DNA of 64,000 nucleotides from Klebsiella phage HMGUkp2, in sequence record PV683292.1; one strand, given 5' to 3'. Under the pieces are notes generated by a model, which was not told the DNA's origin, did no database searches, and saw nothing but the letters and a program-made list of their open reading frames with translations. Positions within the stretch are counted from its first letter, which is position 1; every line of letters starts with the position of its first letter. Shown here piece after piece: positions 46,205 through 55,599 of the stretch. The position numbers and the translations under genes were made by a program.

Positions 46205-46681
46205 ATGGAACTCTATAAATTTGCATCAGAAGACGCTCGTCAGAAATTCGAACTCAGTAGCTGGGAAATCGATAATGCACTGGCTAAATTGCTGAAAGGT
46301 AAAATTTTTAGCTTAACTGAAAAGAAGGCTAATGGTACGGTTATAGCCATCGAAGTTGAAGGTGAACACTACAACTCTGATCGCCTTCGTAAAGAATACC
46401 CTGAGTTCGGAATTGATGAATACGCTGAAGCTCTGTTTACTGGCGATGAAATCGGTACATTGGTCGTTAAGGTTCCTGAACCGGTTGAAAAGTTCTGTGT
46501 AATGACTGCTGACGGAAATAGTGGGTTCTTGATTCGTGCTCATGATATGACTCTGGAACGGGCAGAAGAAGTTGCGGCTCTCTACGTACGCGACAACGAA
46601 GACTCACAGGCAATAGTTATCAAAAAGATTTCGTCGTTTACTGCAAAGAAAGAAATCGTGATAGATAAAGTTCAATACTAA
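46205..46681 (+). CDS. hypothetical protein
   Basis: 158-aa ORF. Confidence 0.4.
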   Translation: MELYKFASEDARQKFELSSWEIDNALAKLLKGKIFSLTEKKANGTVIAIEVEGEHYNSDRLRKEYPEFGIDEYAEALFTGDEIGTLVVKVPEPVEKFCVMTADGNSGFLIRAHDMTLERAEEVAALYVRDNEDSQAIVIKKISSFTAKKEIVIDKVQY

Positions 46682-46683
46682 GT

Positions 46684-46724
46684 GTTTACAATGGTGTAGG
46701 AGTATGGTATAGTACTCTTACACC
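46684..46724 (+). promoter_or_regulatory. early promoter with the -10 region inside a 12-bp near-perfect inverted repeat
   Basis: GTTTAC(46684-46689). The arms GGTGTAGGAGTA(46693-46704) and TACTCTTACACC(46713-46724) bracket TGGTATAGT. Confidence 0.65.
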
Positions 46725-46743
46725 AACAAATGAGGATAAAATA

Positions 46744-47100
46744 ATGAACTTCACCAACTTCGAACGCAAATATGTTCATGATTTCGATCAATCGCCTATC
46801 TGCCTCTGGAAACATAATAACGGTGTTGTAGCTCAGATCGATATGTACTGGGAAGATAACTATGTTTTCATCAGCTTTGAGAACGGTCCTACTCTAGATA
46901 TTAAACTGGAAGGTTCCATGATTAAAGTTGGTTTTCACGATGATGTTCGTGTTCGCAACTTTGCTACACATCCATCATGGCACGGTGATAATCGCAAAAC
47001 TTTGGTTAAGCTTTATCTGCGCCATGTGCTCGGTTTAAGAACTACTGAAGAACAGCGTGAAGCAATCTGGGATATCGTTTCAAACGAATTCACAATTTAA
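46744..47100 (+). CDS. hypothetical protein
   Basis: 118-aa ORF after the promoter at 46684-46713. Confidence 0.45.
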   Translation: MNFTNFERKYVHDFDQSPICLWKHNNGVVAQIDMYWEDNYVFISFENGPTLDIKLEGSMIKVGFHDDVRVRNFATHPSWHGDNRKTLVKLYLRHVLGLRTTEEQREAIWDIVSNEFTI

Positions 47101-47138
47101 TCGAACGGGGCTTCGGCCCCATCTTTGAGGAAATTACT

Positions 47139-47618
47139 ATGAACGTTACTGGCAAAACATTTAAACTGTCTACAGAGAAGTTCAACGAATACTTAAGTCG
47201 TTATAGTAAAATAGCTGAAGTTTTTGTTGAGTGTAATCCTACCAATTTACCATTCAAGGTTTTGTCTTCTGATGAAGGTGGTAACATTCTAGCTATCGAA
47301 ATCCCTGGCGGCAAAGTCCTTCAAGCCTATGAAGGTGAGCTTTCTGATTACTGGTGTATTTTCTTAGATACTGCGTACAATAAGGCTATTCCGGGTTTCC
47401 ATTTGATTGAGACAGATCCCGTAGTGGCTCCTTCTGAAGAAGAAACCGGTTATTACGTTCTTACCATTAACAAAGACTCCAAAGCTATTTTGGGTCCTTT
47501 GACTTCTAAAGATGCTTATGAGTTCGCTGAGCGTCAAGCTCTTAACGCTGTTCCTGAAGTAGTTGTTCAGGTTCTGAAAATCGAAGCCACTGCATCTGTA
47601 GAGGTAAAATTCAAATGA
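47139..47618 (+). CDS. hypothetical protein
   Basis: 159-aa ORF preceded by the hairpin+RBS module. Confidence 0.4.
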   Translation: MNVTGKTFKLSTEKFNEYLSRYSKIAEVFVECNPTNLPFKVLSSDEGGNILAIEIPGGKVLQAYEGELSDYWCIFLDTAYNKAIPGFHLIETDPVVAPSEEETGYYVLTINKDSKAILGPLTSKDAYEFAERQALNAVPEVVVQVLKIEATASVEVKFK

Positions 47619-47899
47619 TCGTATCAAGCTTCTGGAACGAAAAACGTGGAAGCATCGAAACTATCATCAGCGATACCTTCGATGGCAAAGTACCTACTGT
47701 TGATGCCGTTCGTAAGTACATCGATAAGTACTGCCCTGTAGAGTTTCGTCTTATCAACGGCGCTGACTCTTTGCAAATCAACTATATCAACGCACGTCTG
47801 GAAAAATTAGTTACAGATCGACCTGTAGGTTATTCTGACGACAACGGTGATAACGCCGTTATGCCTAAAGAGCCTAATAAATTCAAAACTAAGTTCTGA
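47615..47899 (+). CDS. hypothetical protein
   Basis: 94-aa ORF. Confidence 0.4.
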   Translation: MIVSSFWNEKRGSIETIISDTFDGKVPTVDAVRKYIDKYCPVEFRLINGADSLQINYINARLEKLVTDRPVGYSDDNGDNAVMPKEPNKFKTKF

Positions 47900-47909
47900 G
47901 GAAAATATT

Positions 47910-48074
47910 ATGCGTGTTTCTGTTCCTAAAGCCCAAGCTCCGCGCCTGGCTCGTTGCTTGATGAACAATGAAATGATCGAAGTTATTAGTTGTGAAGTTG
48001 AAAGTAATAAAGTGGTTTATTACGTAGATGCTCCAGAGTTCTTTGAATTTCCTAACTGGGTTACAGTGCAATGA
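47910..48074 (+). CDS. hypothetical protein
   Basis: 54 aa from ATG 47910 (MRVSVPKAQ…). Confidence 0.3.
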   Translation: MRVSVPKAQAPRLARCLMNNEMIEVISCEVESNKVVYYVDAPEFFEFPNWVTVQ

Positions 48075-48253
48075 TTCAAGTAGCTAATGGTTTTAAACAA
48101 GGCGAAATCCATCTAATCTCGGCTGGGTTGCCTAAATCAGGCTTCTATATGGAAGTCCTGAAGAAACGACTCGAACAAGGAAATTACATAGTTATAACGG
48201 ACTTCGAGTCATCTGTAGACTTTGAAAAATTAAAGGATTTCTATGCGCTTTAG
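48071..48253 (+). CDS. hypothetical protein
   Basis: 60-aa ORF. Confidence 0.35.
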   Translation: MIQVANGFKQGEIHLISAGLPKSGFYMEVLKKRLEQGNYIVITDFESSVDFEKLKDFYAL

Positions 48254-48455
48254 AAGACATGATACAGTCTCATTAGGCCTCTCTGGTATCCCAGGTGTTG
48301 TTATCTATTGTTTAGAAGCAATTCCACAGTACCACATCGAACCGTGGTATAATGTAAACTGGGTTGATGGTAATACTTCACTGCACGCTGAAAGCGAGCT
48401 TTTTAAAATATCTAAACTAAGAGATCTAACTAATGAAGAAGGTTATTCTTACTGA
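48243..48455 (+). CDS. hypothetical protein
   Basis: 70-aa ORF. Confidence 0.35.
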   Translation: MRFRRHDTVSLGLSGIPGVVIYCLEAIPQYHIEPWYNVNWVDGNTSLHAESELFKISKLRDLTNEEGYSY

Positions 48456-49275
48456 TATCGATGGTGTGGTTATCCAGTGGCAATCAGGCCTGGCTTATTT
48501 TGCACACAAATATGGTATCAAAACTGACGTCATTATTGAGATGATTTCAGACGAAAAGTTCCGGTGCGCTTCGGATATTTTCCAAACTGATCTTGCTACC
48601 GGAAAGCAGCTTATGGAAAAGTACAATAACTCCGATTTTATTCGATACCTTGCCGCGTATAAAGATGCCCTGAAGGTTATCAATGACCTAAAGAAAGACT
48701 ACGAATTTGTAGCTATAACTGCGCTAGGCAACAGTATTGATGCCAAGCTGAATAGACAGTTCAATCTGAATTCTTTGTTCCCTGGCGCATTCCAGGAAAT
48801 CCTGATGTGTGGTCATTCAGAGTCTAAGGATGCCCTTCTTTCTCAGGCTAAAGAAAAATATGGATCTCGGATTGTTTGTTATATCGATGATCTGCCTTCT
48901 CACTGTGAAGCTGCCATGAAGGTATTCAAAGGAACGGATGTCGATGTGTTCTTTATGCCTCGCGGCGAAAGAGCCGAGAAAACAGGTGCTTATTTTGTTA
49001 AAGACTGGGCTGAAGTTCAGTATATGATTTCTAAGCGTTCTTCTGATATTGGGAACCTGGCTACTCTTCATAAAATAGCAGGTACTCCTGGGACCCGTAA
49101 AGATCATGAAGATGCCATTTGGGAAGTAATCCGTAAGGCCCAAGAAGCTAATAAAAATAAGCCTTGGGCCCAAACACCTTTACGCCCGGTTGTCCCATTT
49201 ACTCCAGAGCCGTACATCAATTGCAGAGACAAATGGACCATTAAAAGTCCGTCCTCTTTAAGGGCATCCTTCTGA
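48433..49275 (+). CDS. HAD-superfamily phosphatase, 5'(3')-deoxyribonucleotidase (NT5C)-like
   Basis: 280 aa. N-terminal motif I LTDIDGVV (DxDGV), plus a later …YIDDLPSH… motif typical of HAD/NT5C nucleotidases. Confidence 0.55.
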   Translation: MKKVILTDIDGVVIQWQSGLAYFAHKYGIKTDVIIEMISDEKFRCASDIFQTDLATGKQLMEKYNNSDFIRYLAAYKDALKVINDLKKDYEFVAITALGNSIDAKLNRQFNLNSLFPGAFQEILMCGHSESKDALLSQAKEKYGSRIVCYIDDLPSHCEAAMKVFKGTDVDVFFMPRGERAEKTGAYFVKDWAEVQYMISKRSSDIGNLATLHKIAGTPGTRKDHEDAIWEVIRKAQEANKNKPWAQTPLRPVVPFTPEPYINCRDKWTIKSPSSLRASF

Positions 49276-49282
49276 GGTAGCT

Positions 49283-49558
49283 ATGTTCGTGGTTCATACT
49301 CTTATAGACGGAAAACATAGTACACGTGACTTCGGTCACGTTAACATGTTCTTCCGTGAAAACCCTTTGTTCAGACAAGCTAAGGATGAAGAAATCTTTA
49401 AACAATGTGTTGAGCAAGGGTTCATTTATATAAGCGAATACCTCTGCGATACCGTTAATGGCCGGAGAGCTATGATTACTTATCATAAGAAGCTAGATCT
49501 GCTTCTGGATGAAGTAGCTTATAATAAGACTACTTATAACGGAAGGCGAATTAAATGA
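49283..49558 (+). CDS. hypothetical protein
   Basis: 91-aa ORF immediately before the ligase. Confidence 0.4.
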   Translation: MFVVHTLIDGKHSTRDFGHVNMFFRENPLFRQAKDEEIFKQCVEQGFIYISEYLCDTVNGRRAMITYHKKLDLLLDEVAYNKTTYNGRRIK

Positions 49559-51033
49559 TTTTAGATATCCTTAACGAACTTGCTGCTACAGATTCAACCA
49601 ACGAAAAGAAAGCGATTATGAATCGCGAAAAGAATAATGAACTTCTGAAGCGTGTATTCAGAATGACATATTCTCGTCGTTTGAACTACGGTATCAAAAA
49701 ATGGCCTCAGGCCGGTGAACCCACACAAGCTGCAGGCCTTTTAACTCTAGAAGATTGCTTAGATTTCGCAGAGTTTACTTTAGCTCCTAGAAAGGTAACA
49801 GGTAATGCGGCCATTGCTGAGTTAGCCTCGTATATCGCAGATGGTTCTCCGGAAATTATAGAAGTTTTACGCCGTGTTCTGATGCGGGATCTTGAATGTG
49901 GCACAGGTACAACGATTGCTAATAAAACCTGGAAAAACCTCATTCCTGAGTACCCACAGATGTTGGCTTCATCTTTTGACGAAGCCAAAATTAAAAAGCA
50001 TATTAAGTTTCCAGCGTATGCCCAGCTAAAGGCTGATGGTGCACGGTGCTTTGCCGAAGTACGTGATGATGGGGTTTTGTTCTTTTCTCGCTCTGGTAAC
50101 AATTATCTAGGTCTTGATAAATTGGCTGAACAGCTAATGGAAATGACTAAAGAAGCCCGCGAGAAACACCCCGGCGGTGTAATGATTGATGGTGAGCTAG
50201 TTTATCATGCTCCAGCCAATTTCAAAGAGAAAGATTCTCTTGACTTCCTGTTCGGCGACGTTGTTGAAGAACAAGAAGAGACTGTTGCTGACCGCAGCAC
50301 TTCAAATGGGTTAGCAAACAAATCTCTGAAGGGCACAATTACCACTGAAGAAGCCGAAGGTATGAAATTCCAGGTCTGGGATTACGTTCCTCTGGATGTA
50401 ATTTATTCTGAAGGTAAACTCAAGAGCTTTAAGTACGATGTACGTTTCCGTGCATTAGAACTTATGGCTGAATCCTTCAGCCAGATTATTCTTATCGAAA
50501 ATCATTTGGTTAATAGCCTTGAAGAAGCTCGGGCTGTTTACCAGAAATACCGTGACCAGGGCTTAGAAGGCATTATTCTTAAGAATATGGATGGTCTGTG
50601 GGAAGATGCTCGCTCTAAGAACCAGTTCAAGTTCAAAGCAGTAATAGATATTGCTTTACGAGTTACTGGGTACTATGCTCACTCTAAAGATCCGAATAAA
50701 ATTGGCGGTGTTAACCTAGCTTCTGAGTGTGGACGTATTACTACTGACTGTGGTTCAGGTTTCACAGATACAACTCATAAGAAAATTGATGGTGAATGGA
50801 TTCTGATTCCTATCGACCAACGCGGCGAACTTGACCGTGAATCTCTGATGCAAGATGCTATTGCTGGTAAGTTAATTGACCGTATTGCCGATTGTGAATG
50901 TAATGGTTGGACGACTTCTAAAGGCCGTAAAGACGGAACTGTAGGCGTGTTTTTACCAATTATTAAAGGCTGGCGATTTGACAAAGAAAAAGCCGATACC
51001 TTTGAAGAGGTGTTTGGTGATTGGCCATTCTAA
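49555..51033 (+). CDS. 30: ATP-dependent DNA ligase
   Basis: 492 aa, matching T4 gp30 (MILDILNE…LKRVFRMTYSR…; adenylation motif KADGARCFAEV; …EGIILKN…). Confidence 0.93.
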   Translation: MILDILNELAATDSTNEKKAIMNREKNNELLKRVFRMTYSRRLNYGIKKWPQAGEPTQAAGLLTLEDCLDFAEFTLAPRKVTGNAAIAELASYIADGSPEIIEVLRRVLMRDLECGTGTTIANKTWKNLIPEYPQMLASSFDEAKIKKHIKFPAYAQLKADGARCFAEVRDDGVLFFSRSGNNYLGLDKLAEQLMEMTKEAREKHPGGVMIDGELVYHAPANFKEKDSLDFLFGDVVEEQEETVADRSTSNGLANKSLKGTITTEEAEGMKFQVWDYVPLDVIYSEGKLKSFKYDVRFRALELMAESFSQIILIENHLVNSLEEARAVYQKYRDQGLEGIILKNMDGLWEDARSKNQFKFKAVIDIALRVTGYYAHSKDPNKIGGVNLASECGRITTDCGSGFTDTTHKKIDGEWILIPIDQRGELDRESLMQDAIAGKLIDRIADCECNGWTTSKGRKDGTVGVFLPIIKGWRFDKEKADTFEEVFGDWPF

Positions 51034-51037
51034 TTAA

Positions 51038-51058
51038 GGAGCCTTCGGGCTCCTTTTT
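51038..51058 (+). terminator. rho-independent terminator after gene 30
   Basis: GGAGCC-UUCG-GGCUCC followed by TTTTT. Confidence 0.85.
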
Positions 51059-51093
51059 GGCATAAATAGTAGTATCTTATAAGGGGAATAATT

Positions 51094-53238
51094 ATGTCTG
51101 AACAACTTAACGAAGTTTTCGACTCTGATAGTGATAAGAACTATCCTGTCGTGAACTTGAATTTGAAATCTAAAGTACCGCAGATCTGGGCTATTAAAGT
51201 ACCTGGAAATGAAAACTTAGTAGCTAGAATGGTATCATACCAATCTGAAGGCGATGCTATTAAACAGGTTAAAATGGGTGACAAATATGCCCATTTAATT
51301 TTAATGTCTCTTAGTGCTAAAGGGGCCCCAGCCGAGCTTAAAGGTGGCTTGGGTAGTAATCCAATCGGGGCAATTAATACAATTTTTGATACGGTTTATG
51401 AGCAGGTAAAACAGTTAAGAATGGATGCCGTGATGTTCCGGTTCCCGACTAAAAAGATGAAAGGTCAAGGTCCTGTTCTGCAACGTCTTATTGCCCGTCT
51501 GTGTATGTCCCGCACTGGTGGTAAATTTAAAGTCCTGGATGCTCTCTATAACTTTACCGGTAAACATACATATATTCTTATCTACCGTAAAAATAAACCC
51601 TTAGAGGACATCTCTGGGATTCCTGGCATCAATACTGAGCTATATACTAAAGTTGATTCTGCTGTAGGTGATGTATGGGTATCCAAGAAAGACGGTATTC
51701 AAGTCACTAAAGATGAAGCTATCGCCGGCTCTATTGCCGAGGTAGAGAAAACTCGTACAGATATCGCTGTTATTCGTCGTACTAAAATTTCTCGTCGGCA
51801 AGTTGCAGCTAGCCAGGCTCTTTCTACTGATGTGGTTATGGACCCTTCTAAGTTTGAAGAATATGAAGCTTCTGCTATAGAATTCATTAAGCCTAGTACT
51901 GCCCAGGAAATTCCTGAAGCAGCCCAAATATTAGACTCTGTCAGTTCTAAAGCTTCTAGGGCCCAATCCGCCAAATTAGCGGCATCTGGTGCAGCTTTCC
52001 AATTAAGCTCTTTAATTACTATTAAACTAAGCGAAAGAGATCAGTTTGAAGAGTATTTCTCTAAAGAGCTTATTAAAAGAATAGGCAATGCCCCGTTAAC
52101 TTCTGTTAAGAGCATGCAGGCTTATGCTCAGACTCTTTTAGATGCTTTAGCTGAACGTGAATACGAGGCTATGGAGCACATTATGACTCGTACTCCAGAA
52201 TACCTGGAACAGTCTGAACGCGAAGCTATGGCCAGAAATCTTTGGAACATTGAACGGACCAAACTAATCAAAGCAGCTCTCCAAGGGTATGCCAAAAATG
52301 TTTCTTCAGGAATTGAGTTAATTACAATGACTCGCAGTCCTGCTCAGTATACTCCTGCAGAAAAGCGTGGAATTAGAGAATACGTAGGTTCTGGGTACAC
52401 TGATATCAATAATATGCTTCTTGGAAGATATACAGAAGACAACTATGATACATTAAGCGCTAAAGAAGTTACAACGGCTATTAAAAATCTTGATGATGCA
52501 TTTAAGAAAGGTGACCGTTTACCAGAAGGACTTACTTTATGGCGCTCTCAGACTGTCCGTCAGCCTATTTTTGAATCTCTTGTTAAAAATAGGGTATTTT
52601 ATTTCCGAAACTACGTTTCGACGTCTTTGATGCCTATTATTTTTGGTGGTTGGAAAGGTAATCAATCTGTAGCAATGACTTCAGATAATACTAGGGCTGT
52701 TTTAAACACTCCCGGCAATAGTGCAGAAACAGTTAAACCAGCCAGTTGGCTTAACGCCGAGGTAGATACTAATGGTGAAAGTGAGGTTGTCGATAACCGT
52801 AAGCAGGCCGAACTTAATAAAGTTATGATCGGTTGGGCTATTGAAGGTGGCCATAAAACCAACGTCGTTTATCCAGGCGACTTAAGTAATATGTCCGGTG
52901 AAATGGAAGTTATCTTGCCGCGAGGGACTATGCTTCAAATTAATAAGATTGTAGATGCATCTTATTCTGACGGCATAGTACATGATAACCAAAAATTCAT
53001 TCAGGCCGAGGTTATGACTTCAGACCAAATTGAAGAATCTATGGTTGTTTATGACGGCGATGTTCTGGTAGAATCTGGTGAACTGGTTCCGGTAGGCTCT
53101 GGTACTATCGTTACTGTTGACGGCGAAGATACTGATATCAGTGCTTCTACGTTCTTGACTACTAAACGGGACATCCTTAGCATCTTGGCTTCGTTTATCG
53201 ATATTGAAGATACTCCGGAAAAATTTGTACAAGGCTAG
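51094..53238 (+). CDS. alt: Alt-like mono-ADP-ribosyltransferase (packaged host-RNAP modifier)
   Basis: 714 aa, in the T4 alt position. Carries an R-S-EXE ART signature (…REYVGSGY…, YVSTSL, GEMEVIL). Confidence 0.7.
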   Translation: MSEQLNEVFDSDSDKNYPVVNLNLKSKVPQIWAIKVPGNENLVARMVSYQSEGDAIKQVKMGDKYAHLILMSLSAKGAPAELKGGLGSNPIGAINTIFDTVYEQVKQLRMDAVMFRFPTKKMKGQGPVLQRLIARLCMSRTGGKFKVLDALYNFTGKHTYILIYRKNKPLEDISGIPGINTELYTKVDSAVGDVWVSKKDGIQVTKDEAIAGSIAEVEKTRTDIAVIRRTKISRRQVAASQALSTDVVMDPSKFEEYEASAIEFIKPSTAQEIPEAAQILDSVSSKASRAQSAKLAASGAAFQLSSLITIKLSERDQFEEYFSKELIKRIGNAPLTSVKSMQAYAQTLLDALAEREYEAMEHIMTRTPEYLEQSEREAMARNLWNIERTKLIKAALQGYAKNVSSGIELITMTRSPAQYTPAEKRGIREYVGSGYTDINNMLLGRYTEDNYDTLSAKEVTTAIKNLDDAFKKGDRLPEGLTLWRSQTVRQPIFESLVKNRVFYFRNYVSTSLMPIIFGGWKGNQSVAMTSDNTRAVLNTPGNSAETVKPASWLNAEVDTNGESEVVDNRKQAELNKVMIGWAIEGGHKTNVVYPGDLSNMSGEMEVILPRGTMLQINKIVDASYSDGIVHDNQKFIQAEVMTSDQIEESMVVYDGDVLVESGELVPVGSGTIVTVDGEDTDISASTFLTTKRDILSILASFIDIEDTPEKFVQG

Positions 53239-53267
53239 TTTACAACACCACATGGATGTGGTATAGT
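53238..53267 (+). promoter_or_regulatory. early promoter
   Basis: GTTTAC(53238-53243), 18 nt, TGGTATAGT(53262-53267). The palindrome CCACATGGATGTGG lies in the spacer. Confidence 0.6.
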
Positions 53268-53298
53268 CTGTATTACACAAACAAATGAGGAAATCAAA

Positions 53299-53586
53299 AT
53301 GCGTTCATTCATCCGTTTAAATGGTATCGAAGCTTCTATCGATGACGTTATCCCTGCTTCAGAGCAGTTCAATGAAGTTGTAGTAAAAGAGTTGCAGAAA
53401 GTCTATGGCGATAAATTCTTTGCTTTCGCCCCGATGCAAAACTTTACCAATCCGGACCAAACAGATACTATCTTTGCTGGTATTATATCTGGTCAGCTTG
53501 AATCTGAAGCTCCGGTTCAGATTCAGGTTGCTGATGAAACTGGCTTAATCGCCACTTCTACCGCGTTTTTTGGTTTCCGTAAATAA
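53299..53586 (+). CDS. hypothetical protein (alt.1 position)
   Basis: 95-aa ORF after the promoter at 53238-53267, followed by a terminator. Confidence 0.45.
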   Translation: MRSFIRLNGIEASIDDVIPASEQFNEVVVKELQKVYGDKFFAFAPMQNFTNPDQTDTIFAGIISGQLESEAPVQIQVADETGLIATSTAFFGFRK

Positions 53587-53595
53587 ACCCCCTAA

Positions 53596-53619
53596 GGGAG
53601 CCGTGAGGCTCCCTTTTTT
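53596..53619 (+). terminator. rho-independent terminator between alt.1 (+) and gene 54 (-)
   Basis: GGGAGCC-GUGA-GGCUCCC followed by TTTTTT. Confidence 0.8.
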
Positions 53620-54535
53620 AGGTTAAAATCTTACTAAGTCCATTCCCAACACCTGCAACACGGCTTAATCTACTTGAAATACTACCTAAACCTTGGGCAC
53701 TTAGATTTGGGTTAATAGTATCAATCTTCTGAACAGTCTTATCTTCTAACCAATCCAATGCCGCTTGTTTACCTACAGCACCGATCTGTGCAACTCTGTA
53801 AGCGAAGGTGACTTCGAACGTAGCTATCTGATTATTATCTTCATAGCTAAATTGAGGTGCACTGACGCCCACAGGGATGCATCCTGTGTACATACACACT
53901 GTATGCGGTAGTCCATTTCGGGCATGCAAGTTAACTTGGATATCCGCTTCAACATCAGAAGGCAGGGCTCTTAATCCTGTTACAGGATCTTCAACGGCGT
54001 TTACCCAATCTTGCATAGCACGGAAATTACTGGCCTCTGAATCCATACGGAATGTTATAACTAACGGAGCATATTCCCGACCAGTGATTTTGATGTTAGG
54101 ACTGTTATGGAAGGTGTCCATTTCATGGGCTAATCTATTTTCAGGAATCTGAACAGAATGGATCAATAATCCTGTAGTAGGGAAAGCCATATTAAAGAAG
54201 TCAAGCAGATAGGTCCCTACGGTGAATTCCCCTAATAACGATTGGATGGTGCGTTGAGTCATGGCTCCTATCAAAAATTTACTCACGCCTGATTTTCTAA
54301 CCAAGCGCTGCGTCCCGGCAGTAATAAGAGATGTAACACCTCTCGTAAATTCACCTTGGGTTAATCCGAGCCAGTTATCATTAAGACCCACGTTATTATA
54401 AAGTTCCCCACCAAATTCATTTAGTAGAGTCTGAGTTTTACTCGATGGCGCCGTAGCAAAAATAACAGAGAACATGTTAGTTCTCTGAAAATCACTATTA
54501 GCAGCCTGTGTCACGAATTCATCTAAAGTATACAT
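53618..54535 (-). CDS. 54: baseplate tail-tube initiator gp54
   Basis: 305 aa, matching T4 gp54 (MYTLDEFVTQAANSDFQRTNMFS…LGLTQGE…LITAGTQ…). Confidence 0.9.
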   Translation of the reverse strand: MYTLDEFVTQAANSDFQRTNMFSVIFATAPSSKTQTLLNEFGGELYNNVGLNDNWLGLTQGEFTRGVTSLITAGTQRLVRKSGVSKFLIGAMTQRTIQSLLGEFTVGTYLLDFFNMAFPTTGLLIHSVQIPENRLAHEMDTFHNSPNIKITGREYAPLVITFRMDSEASNFRAMQDWVNAVEDPVTGLRALPSDVEADIQVNLHARNGLPHTVCMYTGCIPVGVSAPQFSYEDNNQIATFEVTFAYRVAQIGAVGKQAALDWLEDKTVQKIDTINPNLSAQGLGSISSRLSRVAGVGNGLSKILT

Positions 54536-55590
54536 TACGATTGGAATCCTTTAGAATATAGAGAACTACGGTTCAAAGTCAAGATTTCTCTCATGGTTAA
54601 TTCAAGGGTAAAAGTGCTAGGCAAGTTAGGAGCAATAGCCAGACCATTGAAGTGACCATTAGGAGTTTTATCGAACCTAAGACTTTGAATTTGGCAGGGC
54701 CCGAATATATCTTCTCTCCCGTCATAAGAACTAGTGTATCCGAAGTTACGAACCGTCCAAATAGTTGGGTTGCTTACAACAATTACATTAGTAAGGAAAG
54801 AAGTAATAGACTCAAACATAGTCCCGCTTTTAGAGGACCCTTCCGGAGTGGCGTACTCTAAAGTGCTTTTATACCATTCATCTATTTGTTCTTTAACTTC
54901 TTTAGCAAAGTCTGATGTTCCTGTGGCACCATAAGAATAATAGTTAAAGATCTCATAGATTTTAACAATTTGAATAAGGTCTTGGGGAGTTCTTGGCGTA
55001 AGATCCCAAGTAAAAACCTTAGTTCTATTTTCTGCACCGGCATACATACTGCGGGCAGTATTATAGATCTGTTCCCCTTTATCTGCCATCACTCCATGGG
55101 TTAGAGATTCCAACCCGCCGAATACAGCGGTAGAAGCCACATTACTTAAAACACCGGTAGCAGAGCCGCCGCCTCGTGTGATCAGGGATTCGCCTACATC
55201 ATTAAATTTGTGAGACACAGAATCTACATCAGATTTAGACTTAGGCAACAGGATGTTAGCTACAGGGGCTTTAGAAAGTCTCTGGGAGCCTGTGTTAGTT
55301 TTTTCTGGGGCATCAAAAACAGATGATTTACTAACGGCACTTCGGAAATCTCGTAGGTCCGGAGAAACACGAGATTTAAAATCGTATGCAGTAAACAAAA
55401 GCCCGTTCTGATACAAATCATGAACTCTCATGTCTTGACTTGAATCGTTCCCGGCAGAACGTTCTGCCGGGTATTGAGCTGTCACGGTGCTGGCAGCATT
55501 TTTTAAAGTGTGCTTAGATGTACCTTGAGAAATCTTAGAACCGGATTTCTTAATATTCTCTAGCCCATCTTTTAATTCTTCGAAAAACAT
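54535..55590 (-). CDS. 48: baseplate tail-tube cap gp48
   Basis: 351 aa (T4 gp48 is 364 aa). Synteny 29-48-54 and overlapping stop/start. Confidence 0.8.
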   Translation of the reverse strand: MFFEELKDGLENIKKSGSKISQGTSKHTLKNAASTVTAQYPAERSAGNDSSQDMRVHDLYQNGLLFTAYDFKSRVSPDLRDFRSAVSKSSVFDAPEKTNTGSQRLSKAPVANILLPKSKSDVDSVSHKFNDVGESLITRGGGSATGVLSNVASTAVFGGLESLTHGVMADKGEQIYNTARSMYAGAENRTKVFTWDLTPRTPQDLIQIVKIYEIFNYYSYGATGTSDFAKEVKEQIDEWYKSTLEYATPEGSSKSGTMFESITSFLTNVIVVSNPTIWTVRNFGYTSSYDGREDIFGPCQIQSLRFDKTPNGHFNGLAIAPNLPSTFTLELTMREILTLNRSSLYSKGFQS

Positions 55591-55599
55591 AAAGAATCC

